A stretch of DNA of 64,000 nucleotides from positions 1 through 64,000 of the forward strand of contig CAWCKY010000001.1 of the NCBI GenBank assembly GCA_963796275.1. The letters run 5' to 3'. The stretch is from an uncultured Acidobacteriota bacterium. GTDB lineage: Bacteria; Acidobacteriota; Blastocatellia; RBC074. The translations under genes were made by a program, and so were the position numbers. Within the stretch, counting starts at the first letter, position 1. The number at the start of each line of letters is the position of its first letter. Shown piece by piece: positions 1-10,400 of this stretch. The notes under the pieces were generated by a model. It worked only from the letters and a program-made list of their open reading frames with translations, was not told the origin of the DNA and did not search any database.

Positions 1-202
1 CGCGAACGGCTTCCTCCGCCTCTTTGTAAGTGTAGTAGAGGGCAACGATCGCGCTCGTTTCTGACTTTTCCCACTTCTCTGCGATTAGTTCTGATTTGCC
101 CTCGCCCTCGGCTTTGTGACCGTTGGTCGGCCAACCGAGATTCTCTTTGATGGCGCCTATAAACTGCCTGGCTTTGCCTTTGATTTCACCTTTGCTCAAC
201 AT
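1..202 (-). CDS. CsbD-like/general stress protein, N-terminal part (runs off window)
   Basis: Manual translation from ATG at 202: MLSKGEIKGKARQFIGAIKENLG...SAIVALYYTYKEAEEAVR. CsbD-like start followed by a general-stress-protein-like segment. Confidence 0.55.
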   Translation of the reverse strand, partial: MLSKGEIKGKARQFIGAIKENLGWPTNGHKAEGEGKSELIAEKWEKSETSAIVALYYTYKEAEEAVR

Positions 203-254
203 ACTTGTTCCTTAAACTACCGCAGTTTTCAATAACCATTTGACTGGTTGATCC

Positions 255-545
255 TCACCCGGACACATACCGGCGCCTCGTAAACAACCCCAGGAAGGAA
301 ATGAACAACGCTGCTCCGAGAATTGCCCAGACTATGGGGAAGTTCGTACCACCGATTTGCAAAGTTAAGATCGCAGGTAATCCGAACTCTCTGGCCCCCC
401 AGGTTCCGATAAGGGCGCCGATGAAGCCGAGCACGATCGAGCCTAACAACCCGCCTCGTGAATATCCCGACAGCAATTGTGCGAGCGTGCCCACCACGGC
501 GGCCACGATCAATAGAATGATTAAACTTTCCAAGCTCATGTTCAT
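255..545 (-). CDS. GlsB/YeaQ/YmgE family stress-response membrane protein
   Basis: 96 aa hydrophobic, with GGLLGSIVLGFIGALIG and WAILGA motifs typical of the transglycosylase-associated family. Confidence 0.85.
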   Translation of the reverse strand: MNMSLESLIILLIVAAVVGTLAQLLSGYSRGGLLGSIVLGFIGALIGTWGAREFGLPAILTLQIGGTNFPIVWAILGAALFISFLGLFTRRRYVSG

Positions 546-714
546 GTTCTACTCCTGTTTCTCCGGCCGAAAGCGGCAACCATATACCAGCACGGATGAA
601 TGCAAGAGTATGTATAGGTTGTGGTTTTTAGCCGGTATTTAGTTTTTTCAGCAGCGCCACCCTTACGGTCAGTCTCACTCGAATCTCACCCCCCGGTCAG
701 ACGCCGTGTGATCG

Positions 715-1071
715 TCAAACAATCATGGGGCGGTTGTATGCCCGCTTAGAGCGCCACCCGCGCCCACTGATAAAGTGAGCCGATTGCCTCAAGATGTAAC
801 GAGATACGACCTCTCTCAACCTGTCCTCGACCTCCAGAGAGAGATGCACCCTCATCATTCCGTTTGGTCCGATTCTGAACCTGGTGCGGTTATCGCCGGT
901 CGCGAGTTGGTCTTCGGCTACCGCGTATTTCACATCGGGCGCGTTTTGCTCCAGCCATCGACTAACCTCCGGATGGCTCAAATCCAGCCCGTAGTGTTGC
1001 CACAACAGTGCCATCACAACTGTGCTTGTCGTAACCGTCTCTCCCTCAGACCGGTCACCCATTTCTAGCAT
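715..1071 (-). CDS. hypothetical protein
   Basis: 118-aa ORF with protein-like composition, co-oriented with neighbours; no family recognised. Confidence 0.45.
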   Translation of the reverse strand: MLEMGDRSEGETVTTSTVVMALLWQHYGLDLSHPEVSRWLEQNAPDVKYAVAEDQLATGDNRTRFRIGPNGMMRVHLSLEVEDRLREVVSRYILRQSAHFISGRGWRSKRAYNRPMIV

Positions 1072-1186
1072 GCCGGCAGTTCATAGCGCGCGGAGGCTTG
1101 CTCCTTGCGCCGGTAAATAGCATAGCCATGAAACATTTTAATCCTGCCTTTCCAATAAGAAACCGGAGTGAGCGGGCGCCACCTGG

Positions 1187-2111
1187 CTATCGTCTGAGCC
1201 TCCACTGCTGGTTAGTCTGGCTGACATAATCCCACAGCTGGATATTCGCCCCGTTCTGCTTGCCCTGCCCGGCCACGTCGAGACACTTGCCGTTGTCCAC
1301 GCTCACGATCCGGTAGTAGTTGTCACCAACCTGTTCCAATCGACAGCGCTGTTGCGCGTTGTCGTTCCAGCTCCGCTGGGTGATATTCGCTCCGTTATTA
1401 TCACGGCCGCCCTCGACGGTGAGCGCTTTGCCGCTGTGCCGGCTGATGATGGCAACCTCACCGTTGCTGAGATCTATCACATCCCAGTTTTGATTGTGCT
1501 GATTGCTATACTCCCACTGTTGAATTTTGGCCCCCTCTTGCGTGCTTCTGCCGGCCACGTCCAGTCCTTTATTACTGCCCCGGCTAATGATCGAGCCAGA
1601 GTAGCTTACGCGCCCGTTCGGCCGGTCGCCGTAGCCATCACCGCCATCACGACCATTGCCGCGATCATTGCCACCTTCGGACCAACCGCCTCTCCAATCG
1701 TAGTTGATGCCAAACACATTGCGGTTGTTGGTTACTGCTTCGTAGGAGAAGTTCCTCGACCGCCTGTCGCGGTTGCGTGAATTGTCGTTTCCGCGGGTTG
1801 TTGTGCCAATCGTTGTTCCGCGAGAAAGTGCCCGTGCCACGAACACGAACCTCCCGATTCGATTTGAATTCGGTTTTGGTATCGCTGTTAAAAAGCACAG
1901 TCGGATCGCGCCCGCCCTCTCGACTAGTGATCCGTTCCCTGACAGCCTGCTGAGCCCGATCAATCGCCCACTCTCTCGAACCCGTACGATCCTTCGAGCC
2001 TTGTGCCAAGACCCCATCCCGGCTGTCGCTTGCCAGGATAACCACCAGCAAGGTGAAAGCCGAAAATAATGTCCTGCGGCTCACTAATGCACTAACTCTA
2101 ATGTTTTTCAT
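1187..2111 (-). pseudogene. secreted ricin-B (beta-trefoil) lectin-domain protein, frameshifted near 1810
   Basis: Signal peptide plus N-terminal domain in ORF 1665..2159 (MKNIRVSALV...). QxW ricin repeats (GKCLDV, GANIQLW, NQQW) lie in a different frame (1187..2017). Confidence 0.75.
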
Positions 2112-2260
2112 GATACTTTCCTCAGTAGCTTCAGTAGCTACAGATTGACTTCGAACCAAGCCGCAAAGCCCGGCTTAGCCACATAATTGCGAAAATAAAG
2201 CCCGATTAGTTGCTAAGGTAATGGGGGGAGGGAGGATCACTACTAACTCATTCCTGGGAA

Positions 2261-2421
2261 GGAGTGGGATACTATCTTTGGGAGATTGTATCCCCACTCC
2301 TGTACGGAGTTGCACCACTTCCCACACCAGCCTCTGGATATCTCCAGCATCCTATTCCTCCGTACATAACCCTGCACTGCTTAATATCTTTGGTTAGCGC
2401 GCCCAAGAGCATACTCCCGAC
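2261..2421 (-). ncRNA. candidate structured RNA/leader, copy A (paralog of 4655-4829)
   Basis: Sequence similarity to 4655-4829; TGTACGGAG/CTCCGTACA stem (2301-2309/2358-2366) and a terminal hairpin at 2261-2300. Confidence 0.4.
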
Positions 2422-2595
2422 CTGCCAATGGGCGGTCGCGTGCTCGCTTAGCTCGCCGCCTGACGCCTGCTGAGAAAGGTTGTAAATCAACACCACCGCC
2501 GCGATCACAACCAGCGCCTGAATCAATGAACTGCCGATGCCGCCCACGCTCAACAACCACAGACCGAGAAAAACCACGAAAATTGTCCAAAGCAT
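2272..2595 (-). CDS. lmo0937-family (DUF5670) small membrane protein, stop apparently lost so the ORF reads through
   Basis: MLWTIFVVFLGLWLL...LIQALVVIAAVVLIYNL matches the family over the first ~45 aa. Confidence 0.75.
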   Translation of the reverse strand: MLWTIFVVFLGLWLLSVGGIGSSLIQALVVIAAVVLIYNLSQQASGGELSEHATAHWQVGSMLLGALTKDIKQCRVMYGGIGCWRYPEAGVGSGATPYRSGDTISQR

Positions 2596-2679
2596 ACTTC
2601 ATCTCCAAATTCGGGCTCTTGCCCGCATCCTCCGAGTCAAGTGCGCTAATGCTTGACCTTGTCTCCGGATGACATTTGA

Positions 2680-2744
2680 ATAATAGGCAGATGGGGGAGA
2701 GAGTTCCGTCCACTATTGGACAAGGTCGAAAAGAATTATCGCGA
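2680..2744 (-). promoter_or_regulatory. class II Crp/Fnr-type promoter: GTCCACTATTGGAC box (2708-2721) at -41.5, -10 TATTAT
   Basis: Conserved repeat unit; palindrome centre 2714/2715 with -10 hexamer at 2685-2680. Confidence 0.7.
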
Positions 2745-2773
2745 GTACCACAGACAGCTCCCCGTGTTATGTG

Positions 2774-3454
2774 TTATGCGATCTGAGCGAGGTAAGCAAT
2801 GAGCTTCTTTTCTTTGATGATCAGAAAATGCTCTTCGCTCGTCTCAATCAGCCCCAGGTTCCGAAATCGCTGCATAAATAGGCTGATCCGCGGCCGCGTC
2901 GTCCCCACCATCTCCGAAAGTTCTTCATGCGAAATCTTCAGCTCGATGCGGATGCTCCGCGGGTCCTTCTTGCCGAGTGTGCGCGCCAGCCGTAACAGCG
3001 TCTTACCCAGTCGCTGTTCGCTATCAACCGTCACCAGGTTGGCGATGACCTGCTGTTGGTCGGCAATCCGTACCGCCAGGTACTGCACGAAGCCCTCGAA
3101 CAATGCGTCGCGGCTCAACCGCGCAAAGAACTTGGGGCAAGGGATTTGTTTTAAGATCGTTTCTTCCATGGCCATCGCGGTTTCCAACCGTGCGCCTAAC
3201 CCGGACAGGCACAACTCGCCGAAAATATCTCCCGCCGCGTGGATGGCCAGCAGGCACTCTCTGCCTTCAGGCGAGAGCATCAGCAGTTTGATCTGTCCGC
3301 TTTCAATGAAGTAGACCATCTCGTCTTGATCGCCACAGGTGTAGACGTGATCGTGTTTGGCGATCGTGATGGCGCGCGAATTGAGGGTCTCCTGTCGCAG
3401 CGAATCACGCATTTGTTGTTTGAACTGTTCGGCTTGAGGAGTCTCTTGAATCAT
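2774..3454 (-). CDS. Crp/Fnr family transcriptional regulator (atypical recognition helix TTRPRIS)
   Basis: cNMP domain (IESGQIKL, GDIFGELCL) plus HTH (SHEELSEMVGTTRPRISLF). Confidence 0.92.
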   Translation of the reverse strand: MIQETPQAEQFKQQMRDSLRQETLNSRAITIAKHDHVYTCGDQDEMVYFIESGQIKLLMLSPEGRECLLAIHAAGDIFGELCLSGLGARLETAMAMEETILKQIPCPKFFARLSRDALFEGFVQYLAVRIADQQQVIANLVTVDSEQRLGKTLLRLARTLGKKDPRSIRIELKISHEELSEMVGTTRPRISLFMQRFRNLGLIETSEEHFLIIKEKKLIAYLAQIA

Positions 3455-3555
3455 GATCGTGTCTCTTTTCGATGCTCATGGTGATGAAGGCGGCAGCCTG
3501 TTTGCCGGAGCGGCCTCACGACCTCTGCCTGTCATAGCCACTTTCTTGTAGGGCG

Positions 3556-4035
3556 TCACACTGATTGTGAAGAACTATTAAACCCTGGTGCGCCGAGACG
3601 GTGTCTAGCGCGCCTTCCTTCGCGCGCTCCCAGGGCCAGCGGAGTTACCACTGCCACGGCCCGGACCTCGCCGATCAACTGCACGATGGTCTGCTCTAAC
3701 TCGTCCCACTCGAGTGGCTTGGTGAGATAGGCTTGCGCGCCGGCCATCATCCCTCGCTCGCGGTCGGCAGGAAAGGCCCGGGCCGAACAAAAAAGGATGG
3801 GTGTGTCCGCATCAAGCGCCCGGATTTGTTGGCAGAGATCAAAGGCAGTCCCATCAAAGCAGTCATCGCCGAGCAAATAGAGATTGAATCGCCTGACGCT
3901 CACCAGCGATAAGCTCGCAGTGCAGGTAGAGGCGGTTCTCACTTGATAACCTATTTGGGTGAGATACCAACGGACCATCTCTCTGCTATCGTCATGGCCT
4001 TCAACCAGCAGAATATCTTGAGGAGGAAGCTTCAT
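3556..4035 (-). CDS. single-domain response regulator (CheY-like), possibly degenerate
   Basis: ILLVEGHDD...TPILFCSARA...GAQAYLTKP. The phospho-acceptor region reads LYLLGDD. Start taken at MKLPPQ after the GGAG RBS. Confidence 0.75.
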   Translation of the reverse strand: MKLPPQDILLVEGHDDSREMVRWYLTQIGYQVRTASTCTASLSLVSVRRFNLYLLGDDCFDGTAFDLCQQIRALDADTPILFCSARAFPADRERGMMAGAQAYLTKPLEWDELEQTIVQLIGEVRAVAVVTPLALGAREGRRARHRLGAPGFNSSSQSV

Positions 4036-4135
4036 CGATTCTCCTTGGCCGGTGCCGAACGAATGCACGCGCAAGCGGTTCGTTGTAGTTTCAGGAAGTT
4101 GATTATAAAAAAGGGAGGCTGAATCGAGTGATATA

Positions 4136-4211
4136 ACGTAGGGGTGCACCTGCGTGCGTGCCTTGGTTGATAATATAACTATCAGGCAGATACACAGGTC
4201 GGCCCCTACGT
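4136..4211. repeat. REP-doublet-like palindrome (GTAGGGG...CCCCTAC)
   Basis: cgtaggggtgcacctgcgtg...cacaggtcggcccctacg; inverted degenerate copy at 7141-7216. Confidence 0.6.
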
Positions 4212-4235
4212 TGTCACCTTCATCCTACTTGATTG

Positions 4236-4542
4236 GTCCAACACCTCCCAAACGGCCGTCTGCAACCGCCTGCACACAGTTGAGCAGAGACTATGCCGCT
4301 GGCTTCTGCTCACGCACGACCGGGTAGAGTCGGCAGAATTGCGGCTCACCCAGGAGTTCATCGCCAATATGCTTGGCGGGCGTCGCGAGAGTGTCACCAA
4401 GGCAGCGAGAAAACTGCAGGCAGCCGGGCTGATCCGCTATGTCCGCGGCCATATTACGATCCTCGATCGTCAGGGCCTGGAAGCAGCAAGCTGCGAGTGT
4501 TATCAAGTGGTCAAAACCGAATTCGATCGCTTGCTCGGCTAG
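4236..4542 (+). pseudogene. Crp/Fnr regulator C-terminal fragment (RRESVT type)
   Basis: SQTAVCNRLHTVEQRLCRWLL...LTQEFIANMLGGRRESVT...CECY; the N-terminal domain is missing. Confidence 0.85.
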
Positions 4543-4654
4543 GAGTTTCCTTCACGCCTTCCTCACTGCCTGCGGGTACGTGCGTGAGATCTCCGCAATT
4601 ACTGGCATCCCCGCCACTACCCGCCCCAGGCAATCGAGCACGCGCTGCTGGTAA

Positions 4655-4829
4655 AAATAATGGGATCCAACCAATAGTGGCTTGGATCCCACCCTGTACG
4701 AAGTCGCACCGCTTGCAATCGGTCCTTAGATGCCCCCTGCATCTTCTCCTCCGTACATATTCCCCGCCCTGCCTGATACCTTTGGTTAGTACACTCAAGA
4801 GCAAATACCTTATCCCGACTCCGGATTAC
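4655..4829 (-). ncRNA. candidate structured RNA/leader, copy B, ending in an intrinsic terminator
   Basis: Starts at the predicted +1 of the 4836-4900 promoter. Has a TGTACGGAG/CTTCGTACA stem and a TGGGATCCAA/TTGGATCCCA hairpin followed by TTATTTTT. Confidence 0.45.
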
Positions 4830-4835
4830 ATTTGA

Positions 4836-4900
4836 ATGATAGGCTGACTTGGGGCAGGTTTCCGTCCAATATTGGACGAGTTTGAAAAGAATTATCGCGA
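4836..4900 (-). promoter_or_regulatory. class II Crp/Fnr-type promoter: perfect CGTCCAATATTGGACG box at -41.5, -10 TATCAT
   Basis: Palindrome centre 4870/4871; -10 at 4841-4836. Confidence 0.7.
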
Positions 4901-4932
4901 AGTTCGCAGAGGGGATGGGAGAAAAGATAATC

Positions 4933-5100
4933 AAATATAACCGACCGACAGGGGCCTCCCTTCACCTGCCTGCCAGTCGGGTAGGGGAAAAGCTATAGGT
5001 TGTTGCTGTCCCCAAGAATGGCTTTGGACGATATTCCTGGAAACGGCAGATTAAGTGATATCAATCACTCACATCTGTACGCTAACACACTTATAGCTTG
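4933..5100 (-). ncRNA. candidate multi-stem sRNA plus terminator
   Basis: AAGCTATA/TATAGCTT closing stem with internal hairpins, then the CCGACTGGCAGG/CCTGTCGGTCGG hairpin and a T-rich tail; lies downstream of the 5154-5218 promoter. Confidence 0.35.
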
Positions 5101-5153
5101 ATTATTTTTGGTCAGATTGCAATTTATTTCCGCGACTGAAACGCGTTTCGCAC

Positions 5154-5218
5154 GCGATAGGCTAACTCGGGAGGTATTTCTGTCCAATACTGGACAATGT
5201 TGAAAAGAATTGTCGTGA
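5154..5218 (-). promoter_or_regulatory. class II Crp/Fnr-type promoter: TGTCCAATACTGGACA box
   Basis: Palindrome centre 5188/5189; weak -10 (TATCGC) at 5159-5154. Confidence 0.55.
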
Positions 5219-5221
5219 TAT

Positions 5222-5740
5222 TCAGTTCGATGCGGATGCTCCGCGGGTCTTCTTGCCGAGTTTGCGGGTCAGCTGCAGCAGCGTCTTGCCCAGTCGCTGT
5301 TCGCTATCCACCATCACCAGATTGGCGATGACCTGCTGTTGTTGGCCGGCAATCCTCACCGCCAGGTACTGCACGAAGCCCTCAAACATCGCGTCACGGC
5401 TTAACCGTGCAAAGAACCTGGAACAAGGTATTCGTTTTAAGATCGTTTCTTCCATGGCCATCGCGGTTTCCAACCGCGCGCCTAACCCGGACAGGCACAA
5501 CTCGCCGAATATATCTCCCGCGGTGTGGATGGCCAGCAGGTACTCTCTGCCTCCAGGCGAGAGCACGAGCAGTTTGATCTGCCCGCTTTCAATGAAGTAG
5601 ACCATCTCATCTTGATCGCCGCTATGGTAGATGTGATCGTGTTTCGCGATCGTGATGGCACGCGAATTTCGGGTTTCGTGCCGCAACGAATCGCGCAATT
5701 GTTGTTTGAACAGGTCAACTTGAGGAATCTCTTGGATAAT
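5222..5740 (-). pseudogene. Crp/Fnr regulator paralog of 2774..3454, start codon lost and HTH deleted
   Basis: Near-identical cNMP domain; ATG changed to ATT at 5740; truncated after ...KLGKK. Confidence 0.85.
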
Positions 5741-5749
5741 GATCGCGTC

Positions 5750-6207
5750 TCCGCGCGGTGCGCGATTAAGCGCAACACCCCGTCGATGGCAAGATGAATC
5801 ATGATATAAAGAACGAGCGCGAGCAGGCAGGATAACTGGATTTGATATGCTCCGGCCGATGGAGCTCCTTCAATACGTTCGAAGGGCGCGAACAGCGGCC
5901 GCGTGACGTCGGTGATAAACTGAACGAAGCCATTGCCGGGCCGCGCGCCTTTCAGCGCGAGTACGAACTGCAACGCGATCAGGCCGTAAATGAGATAGAA
6001 GATATAATCGACTACCTGAGCCGCAGTCCTACCGCGTCCCAGATCATGTTCAATCTCAACCGCTTCATACGCAGACTTTTGTTTTAATTCGTGAGCCACA
6101 CCGGCTAACTCGGCCGATTCCTTTAGTTCGACTCGCGCTGACTCGCGCTTGATGCGCTCTTCATCTAACAGCACACTGTTTGTTGCATCACCTCCACTGA
6201 TGGCCAT
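5750..6207 (-). CDS. YggT family membrane protein (3' end runs into the Crp remnant)
   Basis: YIFYLIYGLIALQFVL..GARPGNGFVQFITDVTRPLFAPF..LLALVLY; the ORF reads through to 5482. Confidence 0.75.
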
Positions 6208-6281
6208 AACTCTCCTTCGATCCGCTCTCAGACATACCGACGCCTATTCAGCAATCCCAGGATGGCAACAAACAACGACGC

Positions 6282-6450
6282 TTAGAGCGCCGCCCGCCAC
6301 CCGCTGACAGATTGACGATCAACACTACCGCCGGAACAAACTACCGCCGCGATAATGAATCAATGAACCGCCGGCCCCGCCGGACAAGCCCAACAACCAC
6401 ATGCCAAACAACCACAGAACAACAAGTATAGCGAAGATTGTCCAGAGCAT
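6282..6450 (-). pseudogene. lmo0937-family peptide, frameshifted
   Basis: MLWTIFAILVVLWLFGMWLLGLSGGAGGSLIH then out of frame; small internal duplications. Confidence 0.7.
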
Positions 6451-6534
6451 AGTCCGCCTCCAAATTTTGGCTTTTGACCACTTCCTCCGGGTCGAGGGCG
6501 CTGTTGCCTTAACCCGACTCCAATTTGCATTTGA

Positions 6535-6600
6535 ATGATAGGCTGACTCGGGAGAGGGTGCCGTCCACTATTGGACAAGGTTGAAAAGAATTATCGCGAA
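6535..6600 (-). promoter_or_regulatory. class II Crp/Fnr-type promoter: GTCCACTATTGGAC box at -41.5, -10 TATCAT
   Basis: Palindrome centre 6569/6570; -10 at 6540-6535. Confidence 0.7.
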
Positions 6601-6610
6601 TCCTGCAGAA

Positions 6611-6687
6611 CTAGGAGATCTGAGCGAGATAAGCAGTGAGCTTCTTTTTCTTGATAATGGGAAAGTGCGAGGAATCTCTTGGATCAT
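6611..6687 (-). pseudogene. internally deleted third copy of the TTRPRIS-type Crp gene
   Basis: Retains only MIQEIP... and ...IIKKKKLTAYLAQIS*, matching the two ends of 2774..3454, plus the same upstream sequence. Confidence 0.75.
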
Positions 6688-6862
6688 GATCGCGTCTCCT
6701 TTCGATGTCATTGTGATGAAAGCGGCGGCCTGCTTGCCGGAGCGGCCTCACGATCAAGTGAGGCGGTGAAGGCTTGCAGGCGGCTCATCGTCAGGCAGAT
6801 GCCTTCTTGTATCGTGCCGCTAAGAGTTTCCTTTACGCTTTCCTCATATCATCAGCGGCAAG

Positions 6863-7054
6863 TTGGAATTGCGCCCAATGCTGGTCGTTATCGCGCTTAT
6901 CATTGCCGGTGACTTGTTCGGATTACTCAGCCTCGCGCCGGCGATTCCCGTCATGGCGGTCATCGTGGTGTTGATTCGCTTTCTCGATGAACTGTATCTG
7001 CGCTCAGACTTCCATCCTCGCACCCACGCCTTATCGAAAATAGTCAAACTATAA
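6863..7054 (+). CDS. small hydrophobic hypothetical protein
   Basis: 63 aa with two predicted TM segments; its 3' part recurs at ~12058-12083. Confidence 0.35.
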   Translation: MELRPMLVVIALIIAGDLFGLLSLAPAIPVMAVIVVLIRFLDELYLRSDFHPRTHALSKIVKL

Positions 7055-7140
7055 GCGCGTTATCAAACAGACTCAGATCTTAGCATTGCTTACTATGATG
7101 GGTCTGGGTGCTGGCCTAATCAAATAGGATGAAGATGACA

Positions 7141-7318
7141 ACGTAGGGGCCGACCTGCGTATCTGCCGGATAGTTGTATTGTCAACCCCGGCAGACGCGT
7201 TGGTGTGCTCCTACGTTTCTCATTCGATTCAGCCCACCTTTTTTATAATCAACTATTTGAGACTGCAATGAACCGCTTGCGCAAGCATTCGTTCGGGGCC
7301 GGCCAAGGAGAATCGATC
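7141..7318 (+). repeat. inverted degenerate duplicate of 4035-4211 (REP-like element plus response-regulator leader)
   Basis: acgtaggggccgacctg...tttttataatcaact...ggccaaggagaatcgat matches the reverse complement of 4035-4211. Confidence 0.75.
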
Positions 7319-7464
7319 GGCGAGGCGACGCGTTGTTTGAGGGTCGACATCGGGAAAATACGCCAACTCAGCCGGACACAACATAACAATTCTCGTCGAG
7401 CAACCACATAAAACTTGCTGCCGCCTCAATGCGTGCTGATAAATAACCGGGTTTAGCAACATGA

Positions 7465-10400
7465 ATGGAGATAATTATGCTGATAGGGTTGAAACTTATT
7501 GCGCCGCGTTTTCGGGTTTCGAGGACAATTTCCAGTGGGCGGACACGCATGACCACCCTCGCAATCGTGATCATTTTCCTTGTGAGTTTGTTAAGTGTGC
7601 TACCAATCGTCCACAACAAAATCAACGAGATCTCGCCTCTAGCCTTCGCTGCCGGGCCTGTCGCTGCCTACGGCTTTAACGAAGGCTCCGGATCAACAAC
7701 TGCAGACGCCTCAGGCAACAATAACACTGGTACGCTCGTGGGAGGGGTTACCTGGACGACCGCGGGAAAGTATGGTAGTGCCCTGTCATTTAATGGCAGC
7801 AGCAGCGGTGTTGTTACCATCCCCGATAGCCCGACCTGGAAAGTGAGCGGATTAACCGGATACACCGTGAGCATGTGGGTGAATGTAAAAAATGTGAGCG
7901 CCGACTATCGCATCGCTCTCGGCAAAGGGTCATGGCCATCGGACGACATTTTCATATACAAATTTGGTAATCAGTGGGGATACAATATTCGCACTACCGG
8001 GTGGTCTTGTGCCGGATCGTCTGCAGGACTGGCCTATCTATCTGCCGAGGATAATACCTATCATCACATCGCCGTGGCGATGAACGCAAGCGCCGGACGT
8101 TGTGACTTTTATTCTGATGGACAAATCGCCGGAACGGATGAATATGTCAGCGGCACAACCGTTTTTGCTACCGGTGCTGGTCTCAATAATTTGCATATCG
8201 GCGGCCTGGATGGCGGCCAATATCTGAATGCCGATATTGATGAGGTTCGAGTTTACACTACGGCGTTGACCCAGGCGGAAATTCAGACAGACATGAGCAC
8301 GCCAATCGGTGGCACACCGCCGGTCATATCCGGCGTGGCCGCAGGAAGCATTACCACCACGCGTGCAAGAATCACCTGGGCGACAAATGAGATTTCCAAC
8401 AGTCAGGTGGATTACGGACTTACCACAGCCTACGGGCAATCGACGACTCTCGACCCCACACCTGTGACTGCACATTCACAAAGTTTATCCGGTTTGACCT
8501 CTGGGACGCTCTATCATTATCGCGTCAAGTCTATAAACGCAGCCGGCAATCTAGCTCTCTCAGACGACGTTAGCTTCACCACAGTTCCCACCGGGGATGT
8601 TACACCACCAGTCATAACTGGGGTCTCGAGCAGCGCCCTTACGCACAACACGGCTACCATCTCCTGGACAACGGACGAGCCAGCGGATAACCAGGTGGAA
8701 TATGGCTTAACCACGGCCTACGGCAGTTCCACACCCTTGGATTCGACGCTCGTGACCAGCCACAACCAGATACTTTCAGGATTGGCTGCAAATACTCTGT
8801 ACTATTATCGCGTGCGTTCGAAGGGTGCGTCGGGAAATAGCTCAGTCTCTGGTGATTTTACATTTACTACGGCGCCGCTCGTCGTCGGATTTCAGGAGAC
8901 CCTAATAACTGGAGAGTTGGTCACGCCGACAGCCATGGAGTTTGCTCCGGACGGCCGATTGTTCGTTGCGGAAAAGTCCGGAACCCTCCGCGTCATACAG
9001 AATGGACAGCTTCTTACCACTCCGTTCTTCTCTGCCCCCGTGGCAGTTGAAGGAGAGCAAGGGATGCTTGGTATAGCCTTTGATCCTGATTTTGCCGTAA
9101 ATCAGTACGTGTACGTCTACTATACCGTCACGACACCTTCGATACACAATCGCGTCAGCCGGCTGACCGCAAATGGTAATGTCGCCATACCGGGCAGCGA
9201 AGTTGCGTTACTCGACTTGCCCAGCTTCGGTACTTCAATCGCTCATCAGGGTGGCGCGATTCACTTCGGTCTGGATGGGAAACTTTATATTGCTGTCGGG
9301 GATCATCAGGGTCCGGAGAATGTACAGCTTTTAACCAATCCATTCGGGAAAATGTTGCGAATAAACTCGGATGGAACCATTCCTACTGACAACCCTTTCT
9401 ACAATCAATCTACCGGCATAAATCGTGCGATTTACGCATATGGATTACGCAATCCGTTTACCTTCGCTGTTGACCCAACTACCGGCAGAATTTTTGTGAA
9501 CGATGTGGGAGCCGCCGCCTGGGAAGAAGTTAATCAGATCGTTGCCGGCGGTAACTTTGGCTGGCCTATTTGTGAGGGTCCGCAAGGCACCGGCACAGGG
9601 TCGTGCAACAATCCGAGCTTTATCTATCCCTTGCACGCATACAGCCGCGGTGGTTCGGGTGAAGGTGCGGTGACCGGCGGCGCATTCTATCGCGGCAATC
9701 AGTTCCCCAGTCAATATTTTGGTGATTATTTCTTTTCCGATTACACCGCCAATTGGATCAGGTTCCTAGACAGCAGCAATCAGGTACCAGGTGTCAATAA
9801 TCCTGCAACCAGTTTCCGCACCGCTCAGTTGCCAGTTGATTTGAAGGTGGGACCGGACGGGGCGTTGTACTATCTTTCTATCGGATTCGGAGCGGTCTAT
9901 AAAATTGAGTATGCTTCCGGGAATCTCAACCCGACTGCGGTGATATCCGCGAAGCCGACTTTCGGGCCGGCTCCACTTGACGTAACCTTTGACGCGAGCA
10001 GTAGTTCTGACCCTGATGGTGACCCGCTCTCCTACAGTTGGAATTTTGGTGATGGTACGCCAGCAGCTAGCGGCGTTAGCGTTGCGCATACCTATCAAAC
10101 ACAAGGTCCTTACATCGCTACACTCACGGTGCAGGATGGTCGTGGCGGAATAGGTACTGCTACCCGGACAATCAGCGTTGGGACATCGCCAGTTGCTACC
10201 ATCGTGACCCCGTCTGAAGGAACGAATTATAACGCAGGTAATATGATTGGGTATTCAGGCTCGGCAACCGATGCCGAAGACGGGGCTTTGCCCGCAAGCG
10301 CTTATTCGTGGACGATCGTCTTTCATCACAATACCCATACACATCCATTCTTAGGGCCGATTACCGGCGTGACGAGTGGTTCGTTCCAAATCCCGCAGAT

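Noticed and set aside
2295-2325. Cobalamin or c-di-GMP-II riboswitch (GGGAAGTGGTGCAACTCC)
   Set aside because: Only the T-loop-like motif matches; no B12 box, CCCGC..CTGT or kink-turn/pseudoknot elements were seen. Kept only as an unknown RNA.
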